61,408 nt of DNA, filler included, from Stramenopiles sp. TOSAG23-3 (GCA_900128585.1; 20 parts of 20 records of this genome joined end to end with filler, not necessarily neighbours in it); one strand, 5' to 3'. Positions 1-10,641 are shown, counted from the whole stretch's first letter. Made by a program: numbers and translations. Notes: a model not told the origin generated them from the letters alone.

Positions 1-79
1 AGTTGGTAATGATCAGGAACCCGCGCTCTCCATTGTTCCCTTTCGTGTCTTCTACAGAGTTGATCGAGTCGATCTCCTC
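1..79 (-). CDS. BBS5: BBS5 (BBSome subunit) internal fragment at the contig end
   Basis: Minus strand reads EEIDSINSVEDTKGNNGERGFLIITN, matching the conserved BBS5 motif (DS(I/V)EDTKGNNG(D/E)RG.L..TNLR). Not in the ORF track. Similarity stops abruptly near 79 with no upstream ATG. Confidence 0.7.
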
Positions 80-178
80 AGGCCGGTCAGCGATTTCCAG
101 GACATATTTTATTACAAGTAATTTTGATATTGTGCTACTAAAGAACCTTAAACTGCACGAAGTATTCAATGTTATAAC

Positions 179-2989
179 TCATACCATTCTTCCTGTTTTA
201 TTTCCATCACTAAACCCCTCTACCTGCCCACCATTAAACCTTTCTGTTACCATAAATTTTACCCACCCCTTTGGTCTTTCCCACTGTGTGAAATTGTCCT
301 TGTGGTTGTAATAGTACGGCTTTCCATCTTCACTAACCAGCTCCCACCAAGTCCCAAATACCTTCGTGTTTGGAGGAGGTGTCTCGACCCGACGTTTTTT
401 TCCTTTGGTTTTGGCCCTCTTCGGCGTTTTTGCCTTGTTCCCCTCTTCCAAGGGCGGTGACGAAGTAGGTGAGGGTGGAACATCTGCACTCAGCTTGATC
501 GGATTGGAAAAATACTCAATTACAGAATGGCCACGGGCCCCCTCTTCGCTGGCTTTCGCCATTTCGACGATTGAGCGCCTGAGCCCCTCCTTCTGTTCTT
601 CTGCTTTCGCGCCGTCCACCAATGTTTTCACAAAACAAATTATCAATAGTAAAAAGAGCATCAAGCACAAAACCATTGTCCCCGTGCACATCCATTGAAA
701 GAATACCTGAACATCCTCCCTCCCGTGGTCTAAAATGAGATCGGACGACGCATAATTTGTCAGGGCATACGTAAATATGCAGAAAAACATGTACATCCTC
801 ACGGGCAACTTCCACCTTTCCTGTTTTATGAACGGTTTGTTGGTCCAGTAAATAACAATTGATAGGCCAAGAAGTACGATGTAAACTCCTAAGTAAACGT
901 GAATGTTTCGTCTTGAAAATATTTCGTTGCAAACAGTGCATGTGAAGAAAATGACAAGGTCCAATTGACGAACCCAGAATTTTTGGGGGAGGTAGGAGTT
1001 TTGCAAAAAGAATTTCCATATAGGCCGTCCATCAAAAACGTTGTCTTCCGTGCTAGACCAATTTGTTACATACTTTCGGCGGACATATATGATAACAATG
1101 GTACTGGCAACAGGAAATGCAATGACATGAAAAATTCCGACCGCAGAACTGAGCAAGTAGGGGTGCGCGTGATTCCCAGTGTAACATTTTACTAGCGTGT
1201 TTCTGGACAACACGTACACAACCGCATTGTTACTTCTTCCGCTGTCGATGGCAGGAATGCAGTTTTGCATTCTTATGACAAACGTTGTCACAAGCGGGTA
1301 CATAAAACACAGCAAGAATGCGACCCCGTGACGAGCCCGGCTCAACGACTGCCGGCAGCTCCGGCAGTACTTCAGGCGAAGTCTCTTGTTAATGGTGACG
1401 CTGAAAAAACATACGAACAACAGCGAAATGTAGAACAGCAGTGTTTCCCGCCAAAACATTTCTGTGTTTACACAATCTGGGCTCACGGGTCCAGACACAT
1501 CCATTTGAAAAATTGCTAGCACGTACGCTAGGTCGTCCAGGTAATGTGGCAGTTTTCCCATGGTGACCCTTGAAGTTTGTGACAGCAGTGAAATAGAAAT
1601 ACAAGTGTATATGATGAACTCCTTTGAACGCTGCATCCCACCAGCAAACGTTCCACCATTGCGCTTCAATATTACGTAAGACATGATTGTCATCACCGTG
1701 AACACGCCGAATAAAATCACTAGTAAATATAAAAATGCTGCGACTATGGAAGATGACGTTACACCGTCTTCGGGGCATCGGAAACAGGTGGGGGTTCCTA
1801 CCGGTTTGCTAAAGAAACCTTCTGTGCAGCCCCCGCAACTTGCACCGCCGTATCCCACTGCACATGTATCCGCAGAAACCTCTTTAGTAAAGCCAAGGCA
1901 GCGCTCTTTGGGGACTGGACACGGAAGTATGGCTTTTGTTACGCTCCCGTCCGGCTCCTCTACCACTGTTGTAGAAAATCCTGGAAGAGCCCATACTATG
2001 TTGCCCCCAGGGCACCTTGCTCCCTGGGGGCACGGTTTGCAACTACCAATGTAGCCCACTGGGCAGTCCGCCGAGGGGTAGTTGTGGTGGTTTTCAACAG
2101 GTATCTCGCACCGCGGGTCTTTATGACAAGAAGACTTTATGTAATGGGCTCTTTTTGTGAAGCTAATTGGCTTGCTGAGGGGCGGCCTTTGATTTTCAAC
2201 TCGGACGGAAAGGTCGCATTCTAGTTTTGTGCATGCACCCTGCGTCGGTACATCGAACAAAAGGCGGCGCCCGTCCTCCCCAATTGATATGGAACTGTTT
2301 GGTAGTCTATACGAACCAAGGTAAACGTGTTGTTCCCCATGGGAAAGAAACGTTGGGCCGGCCAATGTATCTGGCGCCACAAGAGTGAATTTATTCCCAG
2401 CGTATAAAATGGTGTTCGTCTCGCCTTCGCGTTTTGCAAAATCAAAATTTGGCAAAAATACATCTACGCTCTTCATTGAAAAGGTTTTGAACGAATTAAA
2501 ATTTGTGCTGCAATTGATTGCTACGTTGTTCACGCCGTCTCCATTCACGTAATCCTTCACACCGAACAATGAAATGTTATACAATTTTCTAATGATTTCA
2601 GGAGGTATGATCTTGTCTCCTGGCGTTCTTTCCTCTATTTCGAAAACCTTGCCGACCCTTACTTCGTTCGTATTGGAAGAGGAGCATCTGAACTGAAGCG
2701 CGCGAGAGCATACATAGCTTGGCGGCAAAAGGGTAACCAAAGCGTTAACATAAACAGCAGAACCGCCTGTTTCAAAAACTGATATTGTCTCATAAGCAAA
2801 TTCGGGAAATTCGATATTCCAAGTGCAATCTGCGGCCGACGAATCCAGCTTCTTTGCGCACGATGTGGTCGACACTGAATTCCCGTTTGCACAAGTGCCA
2901 GTAAGAATGGCGTTGCCGGTGCAGGATGTAGTACAAGCCGTGCATCCACGGTCGACTGTCGCCGAGGGACTGCGGCTTTCGTACTCGCC
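179..2989 (-). CDS. Large multi-pass membrane protein with Cys-rich ectodomain and C-terminal WW domain (5' truncated)
   Basis: 898-aa ORF open to the contig end. CKPCPQGARCPGG and CAVGYGGASCGGCTEGFF repeats, about 8-10 hydrophobic helices, WW motif WWELVSEDGKPYYYNHKDNFTQWERP. Confidence 0.85.
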   Translation of the reverse strand, partial: GEYESRSPSATVDRGCTACTTSCTGNAILTGTCANGNSVSTTSCAKKLDSSAADCTWNIEFPEFAYETISVFETGGSAVYVNALVTLLPPSYVCSRALQFRCSSSNTNEVRVGKVFEIEERTPGDKIIPPEIIRKLYNISLFGVKDYVNGDGVNNVAINCSTNFNSFKTFSMKSVDVFLPNFDFAKREGETNTILYAGNKFTLVAPDTLAGPTFLSHGEQHVYLGSYRLPNSSISIGEDGRRLLFDVPTQGACTKLECDLSVRVENQRPPLSKPISFTKRAHYIKSSCHKDPRCEIPVENHHNYPSADCPVGYIGSCKPCPQGARCPGGNIVWALPGFSTTVVEEPDGSVTKAILPCPVPKERCLGFTKEVSADTCAVGYGGASCGGCTEGFFSKPVGTPTCFRCPEDGVTSSSIVAAFLYLLVILFGVFTVMTIMSYVILKRNGGTFAGGMQRSKEFIIYTCISISLLSQTSRVTMGKLPHYLDDLAYVLAIFQMDVSGPVSPDCVNTEMFWRETLLFYISLLFVCFFSVTINKRLRLKYCRSCRQSLSRARHGVAFLLCFMYPLVTTFVIRMQNCIPAIDSGRSNNAVVYVLSRNTLVKCYTGNHAHPYLLSSAVGIFHVIAFPVASTIVIIYVRRKYVTNWSSTEDNVFDGRPIWKFFLQNSYLPQKFWVRQLDLVIFFTCTVCNEIFSRRNIHVYLGVYIVLLGLSIVIYWTNKPFIKQERWKLPVRMYMFFCIFTYALTNYASSDLILDHGREDVQVFFQWMCTGTMVLCLMLFLLLIICFVKTLVDGAKAEEQKEGLRRSIVEMAKASEEGARGHSVIEYFSNPIKLSADVPPSPTSSPPLEEGNKAKTPKRAKTKGKKRRVETPPPNTKVFGTWWELVSEDGKPYYYNHKDNFTQWERPKGWVKFMVTERFNGGQVEGFSDGNKTGRMV

Positions 2990-2990
2990 G

Positions 2991-3090
2991 NNNNNNNNNN
3001 NNNNNNNNNNNNNNNNNNNNNNNNNNNNNNNNNNTTAATTAATTAANNNNNNNNNNNNNNNNNNNNNNNNNNNNNNNNNNNNNNNNNNNN
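2991..3090. other. Artificial contig-joining spacer N44-TTAATTAATTAA-N44 (first of 19)
   Basis: Identical 100-bp spacer with stops in all six frames, starting at 2991, 6080, 9167, 12252, 15337, 18420, 21503, 24586, 27664, 30741, 33818, 36891, 39961, 43031, 46100, 49169, 52233, 55294 and 58352. Contig lengths never increase along the window. Confidence 0.98.
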
Positions 3091-3091
3091 A

Positions 3092-4039
3092 TTCGAGTGG
3101 TACATTATTGGCGAAAGTTATGCAGGGGTCTACGTCCCTACGCTAGTGCGTGAGCTGATGGCCGAAAAGCAAGCAGGGAACCTGGGAATTAATCTAAAGG
3201 GGTTTGCAATCGGGGACGGCTGCGTGGGCACAGACGTTCTCTGCGGGGCTAACGGTGCCGGGCCATTCTACACCGTGGAATTCTTCCGTGGGCACGGCCA
3301 GTTCTCTGAGAAAACTTATCAAGAGATCCAGTCGACGTGCACAAAGGAAGAACTTCTGGGGTTTGGTCATAAAATTGGCCCTGCCTGTGACGCAAAGCTG
3401 AAGGTGATGAATGCTGAAATTGGCGGCTACTATGCGTACAATTTGTACGACACCTGCTGGTACCAGAATTCTTTGGAGCCGCCCCATGCTTTGGGTGCTG
3501 CTGCCGATGCCCTGGGCGCAGCTCTGAACGATTACCCCTGCGGCGGCCCCGCGGCCCTTTTCAAGTGGATTCAGCATGCCGATGTGAAGGAGGCACTCCA
3601 TGTTGCAAAGGATGCTTACTTTTTCAGCGGCGACAATGGTGTGGGATTCACGTACAACCTTACTGAGAAGAATTTACTGCCCTTCTACAAAGAAGTTGTC
3701 GAGAACACTGATTTGCGGGTCTTGATTTACAACGGAGACACCGATCCCTCCATCAACAGTTTTTTGACCCAAAACTGGACCTCTTCCCTCAACTTTCCAG
3801 TTATTGAGGAATGGCGACCATGGACGATTGACGGCAGAAGTTTTATGGGCGGCTACGTAACGCGGTACGCGAACAACTTTGATTTCTTAACGATCCGAGG
3901 GTCTGGACATATGGTGCCAGAATTCAAACCAAAAGTCACCTTACACTTTTTAAAACGTTGGTTGGCGAACGAGGGGTTTGACAAGTACACCCCATCGCCT
4001 TCTGAAAAGGCTCGTAAGAAACGTGTTTGGGAATTGTAG
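3092..4039 (+). CDS. Serine carboxypeptidase, family S10 (5' truncated)
   Basis: Frame open from the contig start with GESYAGVYVP (catalytic Ser), NLKGFAIGDG, YNGDTD (Asp) and IRGSGHMVP (His). Confidence 0.93.
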   Translation, partial: FEWYIIGESYAGVYVPTLVRELMAEKQAGNLGINLKGFAIGDGCVGTDVLCGANGAGPFYTVEFFRGHGQFSEKTYQEIQSTCTKEELLGFGHKIGPACDAKLKVMNAEIGGYYAYNLYDTCWYQNSLEPPHALGAAADALGAALNDYPCGGPAALFKWIQHADVKEALHVAKDAYFFSGDNGVGFTYNLTEKNLLPFYKEVVENTDLRVLIYNGDTDPSINSFLTQNWTSSLNFPVIEEWRPWTIDGRSFMGGYVTRYANNFDFLTIRGSGHMVPEFKPKVTLHFLKRWLANEGFDKYTPSPSEKARKKRVWEL

Positions 4040-4218
4040 AGAAGGGGGCTGCTGAACAATTCTTAGCGAGAGGTATGAAATATTTGCCGGCGTAAAGTTT
4101 TTAGTCCAAACCTGATATGATAATTCTGAAAAATTTAATCGTCACACCAATTTTTATTTTATTTTATAAAGCTTTACTTAACCCCCTGGCAAGTTGGAAT
4201 TTTGGCCCGTCTTCCTTT

Positions 4219-5388
4219 TCAGCTTCCAACACATAGCTCACTTGAAATCTCTTCCACTTCCTTCTGAACGCACGCTGCCTGCGTGCACCCTGGGGAGCAT
4301 TTGACGGAACAGCCATCGTCAACTGTGCCCCGCAACTTTTCGTTTGCGCTTTTTTCTCCCCATCCATTGTGGCATATTGGGTTGTTGCCCAGCTTGAGGT
4401 GTTTTAATTCCAGCAAATTGGCGAGCGAATGAGGGAGCGATTCTATTGCGTTGTCGCTTACATCCATGAAAAGCAGTTGGGTTAATTGACCGACGTCTTC
4501 GGGGATGCTATCAATTCTGTTATTCTTTTGCAAATTCAATTGCTTCAGCCTCTTTGCCGAAAACAGTTGAGGGGGAAGACTGCTGAGATTGTTTGCGTCT
4601 GCATACAGAAAATCTAGTGCGGGCAGATTCCCTAACCCCACTGGCAATTCGGTTAAATTGTTGTCGCCCAAAATTAGCACGCGAAGCTGGATAAGATGTT
4701 CTGCCTCATTTTGTAATACATTTAGTCTATTGCTTCGAAGATCCAAATGCTGCAAACGATTGCAGTTGAACAGCTCGCCAGGTAGATTCTTTATAAGATT
4801 ATTTGATAGTCTCAATATAACAATACTCTCCATTCTGTTGCCCATTTTAAAATTCAGTAGACGATTGTGCGCCAAGTTGAGCTCTGTCAGCCGCGGAAAG
4901 GCTGAAGCAACATTTTCTAAAGTAGCCAGAGGTCCACGGTTAACAATAATCTTCTGTAATGCTCTCATTTCATTTATCTCCCTTGGCAAGCGCGTCCAAT
5001 TGTGATCCAGAACTTTGAGCACAGCACAGTTGCACGTCGGTGAAAAGATACTATTGCAGAAAGGTACCTTCATTATGCACTTCTCCCAGATGTCCGCATT
5101 ACACCTTAAGTCAGCATGCAACAACAGATGGATGGTCCCTGTGCCGATGAAGACCACACTGTACAAAACATTGTACCATTTTAGGGTGGCCCGGACCGCA
5201 TATGGCACTCGTTGCTGCTGCTCCTCCGCCAGTTTTAACGCGAGGTCTTGACCGAACACACTTTCTCTGCGTCGTTTTATACTTCTAGCTAGCGCTGGCC
5301 TCTTCAATCCCAGGGCCGTGTGTAGATGGAGAATCAAGTCCACAAGTAGAGACTGTTGGCGCTCCAAAAGCTGATCCCGGAGATTCAA
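4219..5388 (-). CDS. Leucine-rich repeat protein with a TM helix and Cys-rich caps (5' part missing)
   Basis: About 9 LxxLxLxxNxL repeats, CIMKVPFC...PTCNCA N-cap and NPIC C-cap. No ATG start; credible sequence begins near 5290. Confidence 0.85.
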   Translation of the reverse strand: MNLRDQLLERQQSLLVDLILHLHTALGLKRPALARSIKRRRESVFGQDLALKLAEEQQQRVPYAVRATLKWYNVLYSVVFIGTGTIHLLLHADLRCNADIWEKCIMKVPFCNSIFSPTCNCAVLKVLDHNWTRLPREINEMRALQKIIVNRGPLATLENVASAFPRLTELNLAHNRLLNFKMGNRMESIVILRLSNNLIKNLPGELFNCNRLQHLDLRSNRLNVLQNEAEHLIQLRVLILGDNNLTELPVGLGNLPALDFLYADANNLSSLPPQLFSAKRLKQLNLQKNNRIDSIPEDVGQLTQLLFMDVSDNAIESLPHSLANLLELKHLKLGNNPICHNGWGEKSANEKLRGTVDDGCSVKCSPGCTQAACVQKEVEEISSELCVGS

Positions 5389-5774
5389 ATTCGGCTTCGT
5401 CAGAGCAAGGCGACACGTCTCTAACCAGCAAAGAAAGTAATCTTCGCCTTGCTAATTTACATGGAGATAACCATGACGAAGAAGGACAGGGGGAAGAAAA
5501 AACGAGTGCAAAGAAAATCCGTTTTAGGTTTCGAATGAACGAGATATACTCAGAAGCCCAATGGGATCAACAAGGAACGTGTATAACTATTGCCAATAGG
5601 GTAATTACACAGTTAAATCTTGATTTGGATAATCCGTTGGAAACCATGAGAGAGCAGATGATATCGCGAGATTTTCGTGTCCAGCCTTCCCCAAAAGCCG
5701 CCAATCATAGCGTTATTTCCTACAATGGGTTGAACCGGACGAACTGGGGTGAAGTTTTATTTGCGCTAGATTGA
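5289..5774 (+). CDS. Hypothetical protein, 3' fragment without a start
   Basis: Stop-free frame of about 160 codons that includes ORF 5535..5774 and ends before an AT-rich spacer. No family recognised. Confidence 0.35.
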   Translation, partial: LALASSIPGPCVDGESSPQVETVGAPKADPGDSNSASSEQGDTSLTSKESNLRLANLHGDNHDEEGQGEEKTSAKKIRFRFRMNEIYSEAQWDQQGTCITIANRVITQLNLDLDNPLETMREQMISRDFRVQPSPKAANHSVISYNGLNRTNWGEVLFALD

Positions 5775-6390
5775 GAGAAAGTCCATAGAAAAAAATCTGC
5801 TTTGTCAGCTGATTGTTGTTAACACCATAAATTTCGTCATCAATAATCAATCTGGATGGGCCTTTAAGGAGCAGAAAAAAACCCAATAATAATGTAGTCT
5901 ACACAAATAAATAAAATATTGTATGAATATAATAACAGGTATTTTGTACCTTTTATAATAATTAATTATAATTGTAGGTAACAAAAAAAATTAAAATATG
6001 GTGAAAAAGAAGAAGATGAAAGAAGAAATAAAAGAAGAAGAAGATGAAAGAAGAAAGAAGAAAAAGAAGAACAAGAAGANNNNNNNNNNNNNNNNNNNNN
6101 NNNNNNNNNNNNNNNNNNNNNNNTTAATTAATTAANNNNNNNNNNNNNNNNNNNNNNNNNNNNNNNNNNNNNNNNNNNNCCCCTTCGATCAATTGTAGGT
6201 GAACAATATCACCCTGGAAAGCCATGTTCTCCGCGCGATCTGGAAAGATGCCAAATACTCGGTGAATTATAGCGGTTTGCTGGCAGGGGACAAGGGCAAA
6301 CACGCCCCCCAAAATTCGGTAATGTGTGAGATGATGTTTTTGAAGAGATTGCTTAGTACCGGTAGCAAAGTAGTAGAAGAATCATTTTTT

Positions 6391-6470
6391 AAAAACAAGA
6401 AAATTGGCTGTTATTTAAGTATCATTTAAACGAAAAATTGGCTGTTATTTATTCTGGTAATTAAAATTAC
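6391..6470. promoter_or_regulatory. Recurrent intergenic motif AAAAATTGGCTGTTATTT (two copies here)
   Basis: Copies at 6391-6415 and 6433-6450. Related copies near 22814, 22889, 35313, 35462, 35502, 48039 and 61232. Function is inferred only. Confidence 0.4.
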
Positions 6471-6673
6471 TGTGTACTACACGAACTGACCACTGCTGTT
6501 GATTAATTATACTACTGTCGTGATTTTAAGTGTATCAAAAGTATAGTTTATCGTATCATATCATACTTGGTATGTTCGTAATGATACGAACGTAATTTTA
6601 TATCACATTAAGTACATGTATAATTCTTACAAAGTATTAAAAGTATTTCTTGCAGGAATACGGGCCTTTTTTT

Positions 6674-7552
6674 TTATTGCTTCTCCCTCTTCGCATTCAG
6701 CGTTTTCATTTCTGCCTGCGACAGTTCAAAATTGAAAAGATCCAAATCCTGTTGAAAATGTTCGAGGCTGGACGCTGACGTGGTGAAAGTGGCGTTACGT
6801 TGAAGGATCCACCGGAGAGCGACCTGTGCGGTAGACTTGTTGTGTTTGTGGCTAATACGAACTACGTCTGGGTCAGAAAGGACGGACCCCGAACCAAGCG
6901 GCGAGTATGCTTGTACAATAATTTTACCATGTGCAAAGTTGTCTTGCACGGATGAGTCGCCCCCGTGTCCAACAGAATAAGGCAATTGATTGACTGCAGG
7001 CGTTGTTGCATTAGACGGAATGCAGTCCAGCTGCTTTGGAGAAAAGTTTGATACCGCTATGGACCTCGTCTTTTTCTCACGAAGCATGTCTTCGAAAGCT
7101 TTCCACTGCCCTTGAATGGATTGACAATCCCCCGATGGATAATCAAGCATTATTTGGTCCAAATAGTCCACTCCAATATCCTTTAAGTTATTCGCACAGG
7201 CCGCGCTGGTCTGTTCGTAGCAGGCTTTGTAGCCCGAACAAGTGGCAGTGTTCGCGCTCCCACAAATGAAGATGTCGTTCCTGGGAATATCTTTCGCCGC
7301 TTTCAACGCGGCCCCGAAACCTTTTTGATTTCCTGCAAGCACGGAGGCGAAGAAGTTTCGGATTCCAGCTTGGAGTGCCAACGCAGTATACTTTGACGCA
7401 GTCTTATCGTCGTAAACTTGGAGACCAAACGAAACTTTTGGGAACTCTATCCCATTGTTCAATTTTGTTGCAGCCAAGTCAGCAAACTGTCGCACCGCCG
7501 CCACAATGGTCGGCGTGGCCAATACAAATAATAAAAGTGCTGCAGTTTTCAT
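6674..7552 (-). CDS. Aldo/keto reductase-fold protein with signal peptide and non-canonical active site
   Basis: LNNGIEFPKVSFG, IAVSNFS, PAVNQL, QAYSPLG and AQVALRWILQR motifs; hydrophobic N-terminal leader. Confidence 0.92.
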   Translation of the reverse strand: MKTAALLLFVLATPTIVAAVRQFADLAATKLNNGIEFPKVSFGLQVYDDKTASKYTALALQAGIRNFFASVLAGNQKGFGAALKAAKDIPRNDIFICGSANTATCSGYKACYEQTSAACANNLKDIGVDYLDQIMLDYPSGDCQSIQGQWKAFEDMLREKKTRSIAVSNFSPKQLDCIPSNATTPAVNQLPYSVGHGGDSSVQDNFAHGKIIVQAYSPLGSGSVLSDPDVVRISHKHNKSTAQVALRWILQRNATFTTSASSLEHFQQDLDLFNFELSQAEMKTLNAKREKQ

Positions 7553-8423
7553 GGCGTAAGATTAAAAAAATGGGTGCGTTTGCTCTCTGCAAAAATACAA
7601 AGCCAAGGAGGTTTTTTCGTCTGTACCGATACTATTCAATAAATATTAAAGACAAAGAAACAATGAAAAAAAAAATATTTCCTTTAGACGACTAACAACT
7701 ACTATATATTATTGTACATACCAAATACCAAGGTAGTATTATAGTAGAACAATAAAATTATTCGAAGAAGAATAAATAATAATAATAATAAAAAAAAGAT
7801 ACAGTAGTAGATAGAAGAATATTGAACAGATTAATAATAGTTAGTCTAGTTTGTCGTCTTCTATTTTTTTATAATATTCTACCGTACACCCAATTCTTTT
7901 TGTATTATAATATTAGACGACTATTTTAAAAAATAAATACATTGTCCAATATTAATAAATAATACGATCGTAATAATATATATTATTGTTGATGATGATT
8001 TTAGTTATATTATTATTATTATTTATTGTTGTTGAAAGAAAGAAAAAAAAAAATAATTATTGTTCATCATTATTTTTTTTTATTACTACTTGTGGTGGGG
8101 GGATACTACTACGGTTCCTATCGTAGTAAGGTTACCGTACCAAGAAGGTAGAAAGACTACCGGTAGTATAATTATTTTCTTATAAAAAAATATTATTATT
8201 ATACCAAGGTATTATTAATTACTCTTTCGGGGGGGTGTGTCCGGTGATATTTTTTACACAAATGAAAAAAAGTATTTCACAAGCGATACGATTTCATTAT
8301 GTATTTATTTGATTTAGAGGAGAACGAAGAGTTGTGTTTTTATGACAAATAATTGGCGGCGGTTATCGAGGATTCATAGAAGGTAAATTAAGACTTTTTT
8401 AGTTCTCCTTCGTAGACAAAACC

Positions 8424-9166
8424 ATGCCTGGGAACACGGATACTTACGCGAAGCAGAAAGCGTGGCACGATAGGAAAAAGAAAAAACACCAGAAGGAAGC
8501 GGCAATTGCGGCGCACGATGCCAATTCGGAATGCACGTTTCAACCACGGATCAACGCGTCCAGTCGGGTAGTTAAGTCCCGACTCGTGACCGGGGTGGCC
8601 GGCGAGCCCGATGTCGACAAGGCCGCGTCCAACTGCAATACGTCGGCGTCACGGTGGGGACGTTCCACGATTTCTGGCCCGGAGAGCGAGGCCGCCGTCT
8701 CCTCCCACGTTGCGAGGCAATTGGAAGCGAGGCGAAGGCGGGAAAGAATCAACAGTGGTGCCTGCTTTCAAACGAAAAGGACTGCATTGATTGGGGGCCC
8801 GTTCCACCTGAGCAGATCGAACAAAATGCAGAGCGCTACCCATGTGAGCGAGAAAACGGTCGCGTCCCAGAAGCAGCTGTTCGAGCGCATAGAGCACTTA
8901 GAGCGCGAGAATTCGCTTTTAAAAGTAAAAGGCGCCAAAGAGTTGATGGTGCTGAAAGAAGAGATGCTGAACAGGTCGGAAAACGCGCTTCAAAAACAAG
9001 CCCGCTCCTTAATGGAGAAGCACTCCAAGGACAGGGACGAGTGGCAAGCCGAGAGGAAGCTTTTGCTGGAATTGATCGAGTCGTTCAAAGGTGAACTCGC
9101 GCAACGGGAGGAAGCCAAAGTGAAGGCCGAGGCACTGGCAGAAATCATCGCGAGCGCGGTGAACAC
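8424..9166 (+). CDS. Coiled-coil protein with ECTFQPRIN motif (3' truncated)
   Basis: ATG-started ORF running into the gap, with a long E/K/L heptad region. Confidence 0.75.
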
Positions 9167-9268
9167 NNNNNNNNNNNNNNNNNNNNNNNNNNNNNNNNNN
9201 NNNNNNNNNNTTAATTAATTAANNNNNNNNNNNNNNNNNNNNNNNNNNNNNNNNNNNNNNNNNNNNCG

Positions 9269-9871
9269 TATTACATAATTTCTTCGGCTGAAGCGGCCTC
9301 AAACTTATCGAAGTACGACGGCATCCGGTACGGGTTCCGCGAGGAAGAGCCGGATCCGGACAAGTACGTAAACACTCGTTCGGAAGGGTTCGGGGAAACG
9401 GTGAAACGGCGTATTTTAACTGGAAACTACGTTTTAAGCAACGATCAGCGCAAATTATATGAAAACGCGTGCGATATAAGAGATGTTATTGTAGAAGAGT
9501 TTGACAGCGCGTTTGAAGCCGTAGATGTTTTGCTGGCGCCTACCACCACAAATGTTGCACCTTTGGTCGAAGACGCTGAAAGCCGAGAGTCAGTTGCGGA
9601 ATTCGTTGACGATGTACTGACAGTCCCGGCGAGTTTGGCACGGTTGCCGTCCCTCTGTATCCCTGTTTCGGGGGGCAGCTTTGATGTATCCAATTCGTCA
9701 GACGATGCGCATGATGGGGACAATGGCTCGTTGCTACAGTCACTTCAAATTATGGGGCCAAGAGTAAACGGTGAGTGCGCAGGTGGTTTCAGTGAAGACC
9801 ATATTGTTGTAGCACATGCACTAGAACGATTCTCGACGGCTTGGGCGGACGAAAAGTTTGAATTCAAATGA
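9269..9871 (+). CDS. gatA: Glutamyl-tRNA(Gln) amidotransferase subunit A, C-terminal part
   Basis: Frame from the contig start reads YYIISSAEAASNLSKYDGIRYG...TRSEGFGETVKRRILTGNYVLS...DVLTVPASLARLPSLCIP, all GatA/QRSL1 signatures. Confidence 0.92.
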   Translation, partial: YYIISSAEAASNLSKYDGIRYGFREEEPDPDKYVNTRSEGFGETVKRRILTGNYVLSNDQRKLYENACDIRDVIVEEFDSAFEAVDVLLAPTTTNVAPLVEDAESRESVAEFVDDVLTVPASLARLPSLCIPVSGGSFDVSNSSDDAHDGDNGSLLQSLQIMGPRVNGECAGGFSEDHIVVAHALERFSTAWADEKFEFK

Positions 9872-10641
9872 CTGATGAAACAGAAAACTATGATATGGAT
9901 ACGCCGTGTGTGAGAGAGAGAGTTCGTGGTAAACTTACGAGGTATGTGTCACGTTTGGAGTGTCCGTACTAGCGTAGTGAAAAGGTTTTTTAAAACATAC
10001 CAGTACGAGCGAGTGGATATTTAATTAATAGGCTATTATAAGTACATTTATTAGTATACTATACTATGATTCCATTATTTTTTCACGGGAAACGTCGACG
10101 AGAGCAAGGATGCAAGTATCTTTGGCGCGGAATTGAAAAATGACCAACGACTTTGTGTTAACTATTTCAAACGAAGAGATCTTTATGAAAAAAGGATAAT
10201 TTTTACTATTTTAAACCGTCAAATGTCTTTTCAGATACACAAAACTGTGCGCCCAGGACTCATTTTTCCATATCCTAGAAAGAAATAAGTGATTGTTTTG
10301 GTGGCGTTTGGAACAAATCGTCCATTTCACATAAAATTGTCCCTAGGAACCACATTTCCAAGTCAATTGAAGGTAAACAATTTATAAACGTTCGTTGACG
10401 GTCGCGCATGGAAAGTGGGACGCTTCTGCAATCTAAACTTATGCAGATAATCATCCCTCTTGCTTTAATTTGTCATTATCATTAAAAGTACTTCCATACT
10501 TTGAAAATCGAGTCGGATTTTTTTTCGCGCCAAGGACACTGAACACTTTATTAAACAGGTGTCTACGATCGCATTTTACTTCAAGAAAAACAACGATGGT
10601 CGTGTTTTCTATTTTTTTTAAGAAAGTGGAAATTTGTTATT

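Noticed and set aside
3035..3046. TTAATTAATTAA recurring every ~3 kb as a possible regular repeat array or CRISPR
   Set aside because: It is always centred in 88 Ns and has stops in all frames; it is a concatenation linker.
10117..10540. Weak inverted match (CTTTGGCGCGGAA / TTCGCGCCAAGG) as MITE ends
   Set aside because: Short, mismatched, and with no target-site duplication or second copy.
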